This document shows, piece after piece, positions 11,106 to 24,900 of a stretch of DNA of 64,000 nucleotides. The DNA is from Lingula anatina. Taxonomy: Eukaryota; Animalia; Brachiopoda. Positions within the stretch are counted from its first letter, which is position 1. Each line of letters starts with the position of its first letter. A model generated the notes under the pieces. The model was not told the origin of the DNA. It did not search any database and was given only the letters and a program-made list of their open reading frames with translations. The stretch spans positions 65,326,788-65,390,787 of the forward strand of contig CM120640.1 in assembly GCA_051362555.1 (NCBI GenBank). Direction: 5' to 3'. Position numbers and translations under genes: made by a program.

Positions 11106-14100
11106 TAATCTCACATAGGAAGGCAGAAATCATGTTTAAATAAGTCAGTCAAATATCTGGTGTTTTTCAGTCACTAAAAACCATCGATATGAGAATAGTG
11201 ATTCTTAGCCATGTGAACATTTTACAGTTGAAGGTAGTTTTTTTTCTGCTGTAGAGACAATTATTTTGTTCACATTGTCACAACATATGTGCTGGAGACT
11301 ATAATCCAGATAGATGAAAGATAGATTGACATTGCCATGGTGCACTTGCAGTGAAATAATAGTAAAAGTGAGAGGTTGAAAGAGGGCTAGTTTTTCTCCA
11401 CTTGATAAAATTGTCAGAGAATTTAAGGCTCAGGATGGTCTAGCAAGCTATATTATAAACTAATAATCCTACCAATGCTTTGCATCATACAGGTGCCATT
11501 TTTTATGACAACTCAAATAAATGACTGTCCTTCCCTCTCCTTCTTATCTATGCAGTTATAGATATTTATAATATAAGGGAATAAATCATTCATATAATAA
11601 TAAAAATGTGTACTTTTATGTGCATATTATACTTGGCTTGGTGGAAGAACTTAAACAATGCAGATGAAAGCAAGGAAAAATAGTCTTTTGATTATGCATT
11701 TAATCCTGAGAAATAAGAGCTTAGATTGTCGAGCTTTAGAAACTACGTAGAGAAAGCTTTGAGCAAGCATATAGGAAATCTGATTATTCTAAAGAGATGG
11801 CTGTATATAGCTTACGTCTGGATATGATTTAGAGATGATCTAGACATCTGCAAATGGTGACTTGATTTTTCTCGCTACACAGATATATTCTCCATTGCTG
11901 AAGATGAGATTCTCATTTTGTGAAACTTGCGTAAATACTTGTCATCTTCATGTTTGTCATTTACCATATGTTTGACTTAAAGTTACAAAAGAAGTCAAAT
12001 CTTTGCAACTTGACCCCATCAAATGGCACCATTTAGTTTCAAATTGCATAACTTTAAGAAATACCAAAGTGTAGCGTCTCATTATTCCTGAAAAGATATT
12101 TGATATTTGAACAGATATTTTCTTTCTTTCTTTCTGTGCTTTATACAACATTTTTCCAGCCCTTATGCTATTGTGCAAGAAGCAGTGTTATGTGTCACAC
12201 ATTAGTAAGTCATTTGGTAGACTTAAACGAACTTGAGAGACAGAAAAACAGTTTAAGTTTACAACCAGAAATTTGAAGAAGGCGCAGAATTAAAACTATT
12301 TTTGGTTGACCGTATGATTGGTTTATTCTTTGTCATGTTAATGGTTTAGCATAAAAAAAAAAAAAAAAACTAGCAGAAGTGGAGAATCTACGCTCCCTTA
12401 ACATGTTACTTCAAATGTTGTACAAGTGAACGTAATGAAGAGAGCAATATAGATGTTTATATGTCAAAATAGCCAATCACCTTTATGTTTCAGGATCTAA
12501 CTTAACATTCCTAGATATAGAAAGAGGGTCAAAGTCAAATATACACAGTGTTTGAGTAGACAGTTGTGTGCAAAGGTATATGCCCATGTCATATGGTCAG
12601 TTTAGTAGAATTCTTCATGGTTATCAGCTGCCCATGGAAATTAATTGAACCAAAATGCAAAACAGAAGTGCAAAACCATATAAAGAAAAAAATGAAACAA
12701 CTATACAGAAAAAGATGTTACAAGTAAACTGTCACAAATAAATTGGGTCGGTCTCTGGCTCTGAATAAACCAAAATAAGATGGTAAGGCATTCACCAAGT
12801 TAAGTAAAATATGGGCAGACCTGTTAGCTGACACATGTATGTCTCTTCCACATGGCTGAGTGGTCCACGCTGCTCCAGGCTGTTGATGGCTTGGATGCTA
12901 AAGTTAATGGCCATGTGCATCGTCTCCTCCGTACAGGGCATCACTTGAGAGTGTAACTTCCCGTCATGTGTCTGATACTTCTCCATGTCTGTCAGGGTGT
13001 CTATGTACTGTTCCTGGTAGCCGGCAGACGAGTTGATGTGCAAGACATAGCCTGTGATTGGTCCATTCCTTATAGGCGGTGGGTCCCAGGTGACGGAGGC
13101 TATCTGACCTGTGGAGCCTGTCACCTGGACCTTGAAATTATCTATCACACCTGGAGCTGAAAAACACAAAAACAGCATTCAATACACTCACTTTTATCTA
13201 TTGCACAGCAAAAATGCTTATATACCCCATACATAGTAAGCTAAGAAAATTTTTTGCTGTACCTAAGAATGACAAAAATAATACTTTCAAAAAGCAAAAA
13301 TAACCAAGAAACTTCCAACAAGTATGAAAACTTGATCTAATACTCGTTTGGCATACCATCAATACATTTTTTATCCCAGCATAATTATCTAGCTTCACAA
13401 TAATATGTTCCCCTTACCTCCAATGGTGGTATTCACTTCCAGGGGTGGAGACAGCTCAGAGCACTTGGTGCCATTATCTGTGCAAGCTGTCACCATGAAT
13501 TGGTAGCGTTTCCAACCCTCCAAGTTGTCAACAACAGCGGTCAACACGTCCCCCCTTGTGGTCATCACTGGACTGGACCGTCCTAACTGAAATACAGATA
13601 ATAACTGCCGTGACATCTCAGATCTGTATATGGAGTGATATAATGGTAATTAAATAATACTTAAACATGTACTATACTTGCCTTTTACAATAAGTGATTC
13701 ATATGAAGTATGGTATATGTACGATGCATGTATTAATCTTGACAAATAAGTCAGTGATTTTGCTTTTGTAATGATCTAGCTGAAATTTGTCTTTATTAAT
13801 TGATGTAAACTAAAGGTATGTTTGCAATTAATTCCGTGCACCTACAATGCTAATGCTACCATATCAAAATATTGTCAGAGTGATCAACACCCAAAACTTG
13901 CTAAAATAAATGAAACATTTATTATATCTTTTTAGTACTGAATATACCCATAGTGACTGCTACCTACCTCATATAACTGGTATTTGCTAACATTTCCATT
14001 GGGTTCAGGACTAGGTTCCCAGGCCAATGTCACAGAGTTGGAGGTAACTGCCTTCTGTCTCAATCCTGCAGGGGGCAGGCTTGGAGCTGGAACATAAAGA

Positions 14101-17100
14101 ATGTATTACTTCATTATGCTCTACATACTTAGGTGACCAGTGCCACTTTGAGTCTACCACTGAACCTCACCAAACTCTACCTCATGTCATTGTGGATTAT
14201 ACTAGATGTTGCATCACAGCAAACTACCTTTAAAACAAATCATTCATGTTTAAAATTGGAAAGATACAGTTCATCTACTACTCTGTGAAAGATTTTTCCA
14301 TAATGAGACCTGTGCACATGAGTGTGACCTGCAAACCTGGGTTTGACCTGCAAATCCAAGTGTGACCTGCGCATCAGGTTGACTTGCATACCCAAGTGTG
14401 ACCTGCAGACCTGGATGTGACTTGTATATACAGGTGCCCTATTATTGGTACAAGTCTTCAAAACTGTATGACAAGATGGTCAAACAGAATTGCATTTCAC
14501 AAAACTAAACATAAGTACCAACTGAATCTTTCAAAAAGAAAAGAAAAGAAACAGCAAAAGTAGTCAAAACTAAAGATCTACCTCTATAGAAATTATAAAA
14601 ATCATCCCTGAGCCATGACAGAAATGAAACTAATTTAAAGACTGGGTTCCCATACCTAGATCAATCTAACAGGATCAATCCATCTCCAAGGGGTTTCTCA
14701 CTAAATTGCTTTCAGCTTAAGCGGCTTAGATGTCTGGTATGCCTAATGAAGCTGCTAAACGATATTTAATTACCTACCAGCAGCTTCAGTAGGTGACATA
14801 CATCTAAGCAGCTTAAGCTGATTGCAATTTAGAGAGAATCCCCTTGGAGATAGATTGATCCACAGATAGGGTCTGGGAATGGTTCCTTAGGTTTACAAGG
14901 ACAGCATATGGCAAAACTTAACTACAATAAATTTCTCTCTTGATATCAAACTAAAAATCCAAACTGAAACAAAATCAGAGTGTCAGAGTGTACAGATATA
15001 TATAAGGCGCAGTAAACCTAACACAGCATAGCTATATAATCTCTCTTTCTTTGCAAGTGCATAATGTATAGGGAATTATATTCACTTATTCCTCCTCCAC
15101 TGCAGCTTATGCCTGGATAACAATTATCATATTGGTCACAGTTTGGTACAGGACTGACTTATGAATCCTTACTAGTGTGTTTTAGATGGCTATCTACCCT
15201 CTCCATCCCACTTCAGTAAATGATTAGGTACACTTGAAAGAATATTATGTCACAGGGCACATACCTGATTGCTGAGTCCATGCCAAAGTGTCATTAAATG
15301 ATGTAAAACGACCTCCACCTGCTGTAGTGACAGCCTGAATAGCTAGACCATAACGGGTGGCTGGCTTCAACCCTTCTATGATATAGTCGACATAGTCCTT
15401 GTCTTGATGTGGCACTGATACCGTGGAATACTTGCCTGTTTTTATGGCAAAAGAATATATTACAACGTTTCACTGAATTTTTTTAAGAAAAGTAATTTTC
15501 TTGCTACATGTATATTTCTCTTCAACATAAACAATGAAGAAAAAGGCAGAACGAATAATCTTCATGCTAGGAATACAAGTCAACTATCTCCTCACCTGTT
15601 TTACATTCTTCAGGATATTCGCAAATCCTTATGGTATAGTTCAAGATTTTGCTAAAAGCCCCCCTGGTGCAATCCAGTGCTAACCATTTTACATCTAGAC
15701 TTCTCTCTTTCTGCAGTGCATTCTCTTTTAGAGAGAATCCAACTGGGTGTATATCAGGAACTGAAATATATGCCAAACACCATTAGCAAAACACTTCAGA
15801 TCCTTAAATCTTATTATGGCTCTCTGAGCGAAAATTATTTTTAGCTAAGACATACAACAACAAAAGATGTAAGTTTGTGATAAACACAAAACCTGTAAAA
15901 ATGCAACAACTGGGTTAAAAATGGTGTGTTCACAATGGATCTATTGTACTAGCTAGTGTGTACTATCTCCACAGGGACTCTCATTGAATGCAATCAGATT
16001 AACACTCCTCTGGTTTCCAATTTACTCGTATAATCACCAGCTTTTCTGACTATAAAACTCAACACTGGGAATACTAGTTAAGGAGCACGTACAACAGTTT
16101 CCTTATTAACGCACTTTAAGTGTGACTATATAAAGTGTATATAGTTTGTTTACAAAGGTCTTTATCATTTATGAGGAGTACTGTAACTGTAACATAACAG
16201 TAACATTATGATAACAGTTGAGGGGCAAAGTCAAGGTATCTATTATCTCTAGTCTAACACTGGTGGTAAAGTTAGCTTCTCCAGTTCATCTTCATCTAAA
16301 AGAAATCTATCTCTGCACAATATCAGGCCTACCCAACTACCAGACTCGGCACCGAATGATCCAGAATTCACCGGTAAATCGGACCACACTACCCGTTTTC
16401 AAGGTGTGTATCAGATCGCATTACACAGTATCAGACGCGACACCGCTCTTGCCTAGTACGCGATGTGATAGTGACGATTCTTAGCGGGGTTGAAAAGCAT
16501 TGCATCACCACTCAAAATTTGTTCAGGGTATGAAACTGTGTAATGCGATCTGATACATACCTTGAAAACGGGTAGTGTGGTCTGATCTACCGGTGAATTC
16601 TGGATCATTCGGTGCCGAGTCTGGTAGTTGGGTAGGCCTGAATATATTTTTCTCGTACCTTCACAAAAATTTTAGTTACATTTTACATTTCATGGTATAC
16701 ATGACTGAAATAATTGGATCCCGCTGTACCTTTATCATAGAGATAGTTGCACTTGACGTGTGGCCAGACCATTCCACTGCTATAGAGGTCACTGTCTGCA
16801 GACACTGCAAACCTGTAGTTTCTCCTTACATCCTCACTGGCGGCCACATGGAGCTCGTAGGAAGTCACATTTCTAGGTACTTTCTGCCACAACAGATTGC
16901 CCTGGTCACAGATATCAAATTTATGATCTAATCGAATAAGGCTTCATTCACATGCAATGTCTATTTTCTAAATTCTATTTTCTATTCGCGGTATGTCTTA
17001 TGATCACGGTCTGTGCCCTGAATATCCCGCGGCGTAATTACTGGCAGCGCGAGCCAGTTACTATAAGTTACTATAAGTAACTGGCTAGCGCTGCCAGTAA

Positions 17101-18911
17101 TTACGCGGCGGGATATTCAGGGCACAGACCGTGATCATAAGATAGCGCGAATAGAAAATAGAATTTAGAAAATAGACATTGCATGTGAACGAAGCCTAAG
17201 ACTGTTTTATTGAGTCCTATCTGCCAGTCAAGTTTGATCAATATACTTTAATTCAAATCAATGCACAGCTTTACAAGAAAAAACAAAATGCAGTATATTG
17301 CTTTTCCATGAGATTATATCAATCGGTTCACTATGTACTTTTATAAAATATATCAGGCCAAGCACCACAAAAAGGACAATGCAATTTTGAGATATTTAGA
17401 GAACATATTCCCTTTAGAAGCACCTGTGTTTTATGTAGGTACCAAAGGATTATATACTTTTCTAGGTAATTGATTATTTTATGCATTTCCATGTATTTTC
17501 AGACTGAATACTGAATCAAGCACTTATTAGCAGTCTGCTTTCCCAGACGTACTTTATAAGATACAAGGTGACTGCAAGTGCATTTTAAAAGTTCATTTGG
17601 TACCTAGAGTCCATATGTTTCCTGCATCTGAGTGTAACTTGATTTTGAAGAACTAAAAGATTGCATCCTTTTCCAGTTTTTTTCTCTATCCAGAGCTATT
17701 TGCAATATGGGAGAAATGCACTCTTGACAATATCTGGTACATATGGAAGATACTGAACAGGTAGGTTAGTGGATTCACGGTCCATGATTTGTACTAAGGT
17801 GCTTGCAACATACAATTTTTATGTTCACGCCATAATATCGTAGTTTGAGTTGTTAATATTGGGCATTCACCATCACAAACCAGAGGCTCAATTTTGTGAA
17901 ATGCTAAATCGTTCATAAGACCTTAGACTAGAAAAGGAACTCAAAACCCATTGGACCTTCAGTGTTGCTATGAAAAATGACAGGAAGAAATAAGACCAGA
18001 TTTACAACATTTCAGACACGGTCACCAGAATAATAATTAAATCATACCTGACATCCAAACTCTGTATATTTTCCCAAGCACCAGTATATAGTGTACCCTA
18101 CCACCAATTCTTCTCTCTCTACAGGGGGTTTCCAGTACAAGTAGGCCACATTATCAGAAGACACTTCTATGTACAGGTCTCTCGGAGGTCCAGGACCTAT
18201 AATACACAGCATTTTAACATTTTAATGTTTAATGCAGATGAATTCGTTGTCTTTAACCTCTCCTCTCATTTGAAGTCAATTCATAAATACACTTTTCTCT
18301 TAATTTCTTCAAAGAGAAGCAATACTATTTCAGCATAGTATAATTAGTATTAATACATAAAACTGCTTACGTGTCTGCAGTGGGGCTATAGTGAGCACTG
18401 CATCACGTGTGGCTCTGCCAATGCGCGTCTCTGCGTTAACCTTAATGATCCATAGTGACCTTGGACTGGCATTATCAATCAGCGTCCAGGTGCCAACATC
18501 CCCCTCTGGGACGGAGCGAGCTCGGGATGGGTACTGGGCCAGGTAACTGTTGCTGACTGCAGTCACGGATGTCTCATTCCAAGAGATCTTGTAATTCAGT
18601 ATCATGCCATTCTGCTGCTGCCTAGGGATTTCCTGCATTCATAGAGAAATTTACATTAGAAAGGACATGGCGCGATGCTGTTAAAAAGAAGAGGTTTCAA
18701 ATGCTAATCTCATTTCCTGCACTCTCAAAAGATTCATTTCTCTCAAATAACCAATAAAATCCTCAGTGCTAAAGAGGGGTCAATCTTCCACAGACTAGGG
18801 CATATCAGATAGGACAACACAGGTAATACTCCTCTCTTTAATTGCTTTAATCCAACAGGTAAAAAATTATTTATCTTGTAAAAGAGCTTAAACCTATGAA
18901 ATAAGTGCACC

Positions 18912-18977
<66 letters not shown>

Positions 18978-21900
18978 ATTACCTGCCAGTAGACAAAAAG
19001 GTTTTGCTTTTTTATGTCATGTTGAAAGCAGCCGCTAGTGACCCCTGGAGGAGCAGCAGGAACTAAGAAAAAAGATTGCAACCGTATTAAGACAAACAAT
19101 AATATGAACACTTGTTCACTTCACTGTATATTTCAATATGTCAATTATTCTCAAATATTTCATTTCACTAACACATAATTGAGAGACAAAAAAAAAATGA
19201 GTTCTTAACAACACTTATTATTTAATTGTGATACACAACATTCTCAATCATGATATAATCATAGGAATCTCTCTCAAAATAAATAAACAAATAATATTTT
19301 ATCCTATATAAATGTTAAGCTTTGAAAATGACACAATGCATGGTCACCAGAAAGCAATAAAGGGGAGATACCAGTGAACAGATGGGGTTTCTATGACAGT
19401 GGACAGGTGTGAACCAACAGAGATAGAAAAACCGCAGTCAAGTAGGCAATATGGCACAGTCAAGACAGCGATTATTCTCTCTACTGATGACACTCAAAAG
19501 TTACATAAAAATAAGGGCATCCTTGGTCAGCAAACAAGTCCATTAGCTTTTGGTAGAATTCAAATCAAGATTTCCATAGAAAATCTCTTCATCACCACCA
19601 GTAATATATGCCTGATGTACATGTAGTGTCTATCAGTCATTAAAATAAGTGAACTTCTGGTGTAGCACAGCAAAAGAAAATCTTTCGAGACATCATAAAT
19701 TTGAAAAACAGATGAAAAGAATGGCCTGGTCTTACGATAGGAATCCCTACATCTAGTGAACATGATCTAAATGATATATATATATTTGCTGTTCAAACAT
19801 CTTAACTGAACTTCAGACAGCTACGGAAATAAGATATGTTTTTGAGTATTAATTCACAATTTGCTAGAAAGATTTGGAAAGATTTGGAATAAAGATGTGC
19901 TAGATGCAATATACTTACTGGACTCAGCTGTAAGTGCTGTAGTGTCCATCACATCACTCCAGTATTTCCCACCAAATGGCTGCACTGCCACTGAGATGTT
20001 GTAGTCAGTGTAGGGAGTTAACCCTCCAATCTCTACGGAGAAACTTTCGTTGTATCTGAATTCTGTCAAAATACGGACCTGTCATCAAGAAAAAAAAAAA
20101 AAAAAAAAACTGCAGAAGATCTCAGACTTTGGAAAATAAATAGCCTAAGTTATGATGAAACTTGATATTAATAATCAAAATAAATCCAGTTTGATAGAAA
20201 ACAGGAAAATAACAGTTTCAAATCCTGTTTCTTTATTTTCAAATTTCCGCATATGGGGGTTTATTTATGGAGATTTAAAAAAAAATAGGCACACATCAAA
20301 TCCAAAGCTCGATCTGGGCACAATATACTGAACTTAATCAAAAACAGTAGCATGTACAATTCTCATTATTTTTCAATGTGATGTACTGCAAATTTCTTGA
20401 ACAGAAAAAGTACTGTAGAATCTTTCCTTGAAGTTCTCTAAATATTTTAAAATTATTATTATTATTTTTTTAGAAATTATATTCCATATCCATTCATAAT
20501 CAACCACACCTATATTTCCGCTTGGCATCATCGTTGGTATATTTTCTACTAAGACAAAATTTCTTATTTGTGCCTTCTATCATAAAGTTCTATCAGTTTG
20601 TGTCATAATACTTCTAAGACATACCAAAATAAATTTCACACAATCTGCCCTTTTTTTTCCAAACCAAACCCAAGATATGAAAGGGAACCTGGATGATACA
20701 GGCAATTTGAGATAATCCCTAAGATTCCATCAGAAGCATTAATCAAAACTAATGAATGTTCTTCAGACAATGTCTTTGAAGCTAGCTATGATTCTGTGCA
20801 ATAACAGCCAAATGCTATTATGATGACTCTCCCTGCACCTGCTTCACCAGCCTAAATGGCTGCTGAACACTGGAAGTGAAATACAGCTTTTCTTTCCATC
20901 AACATCATTGTATTCAGGTTATCGGGACTTCAGTAAGCTACGAAATGTTTGTTGCTAAAGAGATGATATGCCTGGAATAACAGCAGAATTGTGGATTCAG
21001 ATTTTATTAAAAACAGCCAAGAAAATAAACAGAATAAAGAACATATAACAAATAAAAAGGATAAATGGAAGTGAGAAGTGACAACTCCCAAATAACCTAG
21101 CTTCATTATCATCACCTCTACTCATTTTGGCCAAACGGGTGATATATATATATATATATTCAATAATATGATAAAAATTTGTCTTCTCTTTTGAGTACAG
21201 TGTATACTAAACTGTTGGCCACCATAATGTGAAACTACAGTATTCTTCTATTCATGTATATGATCAACAATTCTAAGAAAACAACTGTCTGGTAGCAGAT
21301 AATTCTGCAAAATGTATTGCTATTGGACTAGGTTCATTTTCACACTTAGAAGCAGCTCATGTCAGTAAGTACAAAAAAGACACTGACATTTATTTTAAAA
21401 TAAAATTATAAGGTAATGTGAATGTAATACCTTGTGAATTTCTTCAACACTCAAAGTGCAAAGGGCAAGGTCTTTTTTGATTTTCTTTTTTTGCTAGATT
21501 CTCAAAAACTATTGTTTTGATTTAAAACAAAAACTCTCCCTTTTTTGAATCTGTAACATTTATTTTTGGCCATGTGAAAAAACAATAGGCATTATCCAAT
21601 CAATAAATGGCTTATTTCAATTTGTCTGTAAGAAAACCATTGTCTTCCTTTGTTGCCTATTTTATCTTAATCTACTGACTGGATAACTAGCCTGGGAGCT
21701 AAAAAAAAAAATAAAGGTTTAAAAAACATTTTATTGGACACTTTTGCAAATGAACATACACTACTGGTTCATAAACCCTAGACGTTATGCTCTACACTAA
21801 TGTATTTAAATTTCATTACATTCTTTTAAAAAAAATCCTGTTTTTTTTTTATCCTTTAAACTCGACTTCCAGACAACACTGTGTAAGAATTGAGATCAGG

Positions 21901-24900
21901 GTGTTTAACGGAATCAGGTAACGGAATGCTCATATTTCACTGGAATTTTAAGTCTGTTGTGGATTTTGATGTCAACTATTGCCAGTCATCCATTTTATCG
22001 ATCTCTCACTTTCACACAATCAACCTGTTTTTCTTCAGTCATCATTCAAAAGAGAAAGAAAACAATATAGAAAAACCTATTGTTTGGTTCAGTTCTATGC
22101 ACCATCTTTCTTGTAAAATGATATGAGCATATTTATGACATGCATCCTCTCTAAGATCCAACATAGATGCTGGATAATACATCCACCGATCATTGTTAGA
22201 TTCTTTTATTATTCATTTATTATTATAATTTTTTTTAATTTATCATTTCTTATCCATATTATGTGTTTATATCATGCATCCCCATATACAGCATATGATA
22301 GATACCAATACTGCCAAATTGTTTTTACTGGTAACTGAGATATGGCTATGGAATGAAGATTGAATAAGGAAAATTCAGGCAGGATAAAAAACAGAAAGAT
22401 ATTATACACAACCTGTATAAAATTCGACAAAATAAAGCTAGACATATTTCTTCCAAAGACAACAACCCTAGAAATCCACAAGTGATTAGGAGCTGTGTCT
22501 GCAGCCAGATCTCTCTTTCTGATGACTTCTGACATTTCACAAGAGGAACGTGGGATTGAATAAAGGGAATCTGTGATGTGATCAGACTGAAAAATCAATG
22601 CCTTCCAATGTTTATCTGTCTACAGGGAAAGCAAGGGGAATCCTGATATGCTGATTTGTAGGTTATACCTAGGCTACAGAAAATAATTCCTGCACATTAA
22701 GTGAGACTAGAGAGATCTGCTCTTCTCAAGGGAGAGGGGGCAACCTCTCATGCATGTAAAAACTGTCCACTCAAGAGTCATCCCAGCATCAAAATGCTCA
22801 ACCAACTACATATATAAAAAATATTTTTAAAAAGTATAACAAAAATTTTATGGCTAGTAACTCATCAGCAAAAATGAGAGTACCAGATTCAGACACCTAT
22901 AACCAGCAGTTTCAATGGGGGCCCTCTTTATGAAAAAGTGGACCTCTATTACCATGAAACCTTTTTGTACCTATGTTTACTCAGAGTAGACCTTTTCCCA
23001 GCAAAAAGGCCAATTAAGATCACAAAAAATGGAGCAATTGCAATTATCTCACATCTATGCACAACTGAAAATTGATATATATATTTTAATCATCCGCACA
23101 AGTATTAAAAATTCATTTGAATAACAGAAGTTGATATCTGCTCAAGAAATTAATAACAAGCAGAGAGCTAAATGCACAGTCAAAAAAAAAAAAAAAAAAA
23201 AAAATAATAATAATAATAATAATAAAAATAATAATAATAAAAATAACATACAACCGTTAAATTCAAAAGAAGTCTAAACTTTGAGAAGTTTGGTCAAATA
23301 ACTTCCACTCGTGACAACATATTCAATCATAATACTAACAGCATCTTGCAGATATAAACAATCTAGACTACCTGAACCGGATGCAATTTTTGGAAATCCC
23401 CGATGCAAACACATTTAACATTAAAGTAAATTAGTGAAAGTTCTCACCCATGTGTGGTTCCACTGAGATGTCCCAGTCAATCTGTAAACAAGGCCTGGGG
23501 CAATCTCTGGAGGTCCTAGCAAGATGGCCAGTTTGGGGGCAAGCCACTGCACTGTTAAAGCACTGCTCTTACCAATGACCGGAAATGCAGTCAGATTACG
23601 CACAGGGTTGGGCTTCACTGTGAAATCGGAAAATTGTTGTGATAAAACTGTTGCACAATGATTTTTCTGAGTTAAAATCAAAACCATGCAGAAAAAGTGT
23701 TTGAAATCAAATAATAATGTGCTGCATTAAAATAATTAAAAATTTTTGTGAACAAGGCATTTAAACAAATGATTGAAAGGTTCTTTTTAAACATACACTC
23801 TCTTGTAAAGTCTGTAAGTATATAAATAATTAATAAAAGGACAGTTAAGTCAGAGCAGTGAAGAAATGACATTTTATTTCCTTATCCAAATCATGCTGAA
23901 GCCATATACAAAATCATCACATGTCTACTTGATAGTCTTCTGCCTCCAGAATTGACATTGGTAAAGATGACAGACAAGAGCTCAAACAGCATATAGATAT
24001 AAAAATCAATGGAAAAATTGCACAAAAAATTAATCCCTGTGCACACATTGTGTTTAAATTTCCTTTTATCTAAAAACCATGGGTTGAAAGTAAAGGCAAG
24101 AAGACAGATGATGTTTAATGTATATTTTCTCAAATCACCCATGCTTATACAGTACATGCAAACACATAAAACAACAAAAGCATTGACAAACACTCTTCAA
24201 AAGCTCAAAACCTGTAAAGAAGCCTCATAGCAAGTTCCATTCAGTTTCCACTCTTGTGCATGAACATTTTCACACAGTGGCGTAGTTGTCAAGCATTTTT
24301 AGTCTATGCAGTTCTGCTACAGGAAAACTTGCTTCCTGCCTACATACATGCTATAGCACTTCAGTAAGCTAATTAGCACTTGTCATCTAGTGCTTTTCCA
24401 TGAAGAGATAATTAGACTCCTTTCAGCTTTGGTATTTAAAGAAAATTATCATTCCTTGTGTGGGCCATTATGAAACAATGTATATATACTACCTAAACAT
24501 GAATTATGCAAAAAAATATAGAATTAAATGCAAGTTGCATAAATGGTCACTTTCCTAAACATAAACCAGGCCAAAAGCACTTTGAAAAAATACAAACATT
24601 TCTATATTCTGGATACCTAGAAAACATGCAAGTTTAAAGGGAAACATCCAAAATAAATGTTTTTGAATTAAGTAGGTTTTTTTTCTGAGAAGGTTAAAAG
24701 CTGGCAAATCCATACATGCAAATATGTTTTAGGAAAAAAATAAATAAATAAAATAAACATCTCATCATTTTAAGGAATCTTACACAACATGCCTTTTTAA
24801 GAAAACTTCTATGTTAAATGACATGCCTTTGTAAAAAATTTAAAAAAAAACACCAAATGTAACTATGTAATGCTTAAAAAGGTCATTTAAGCCTGCTTCG

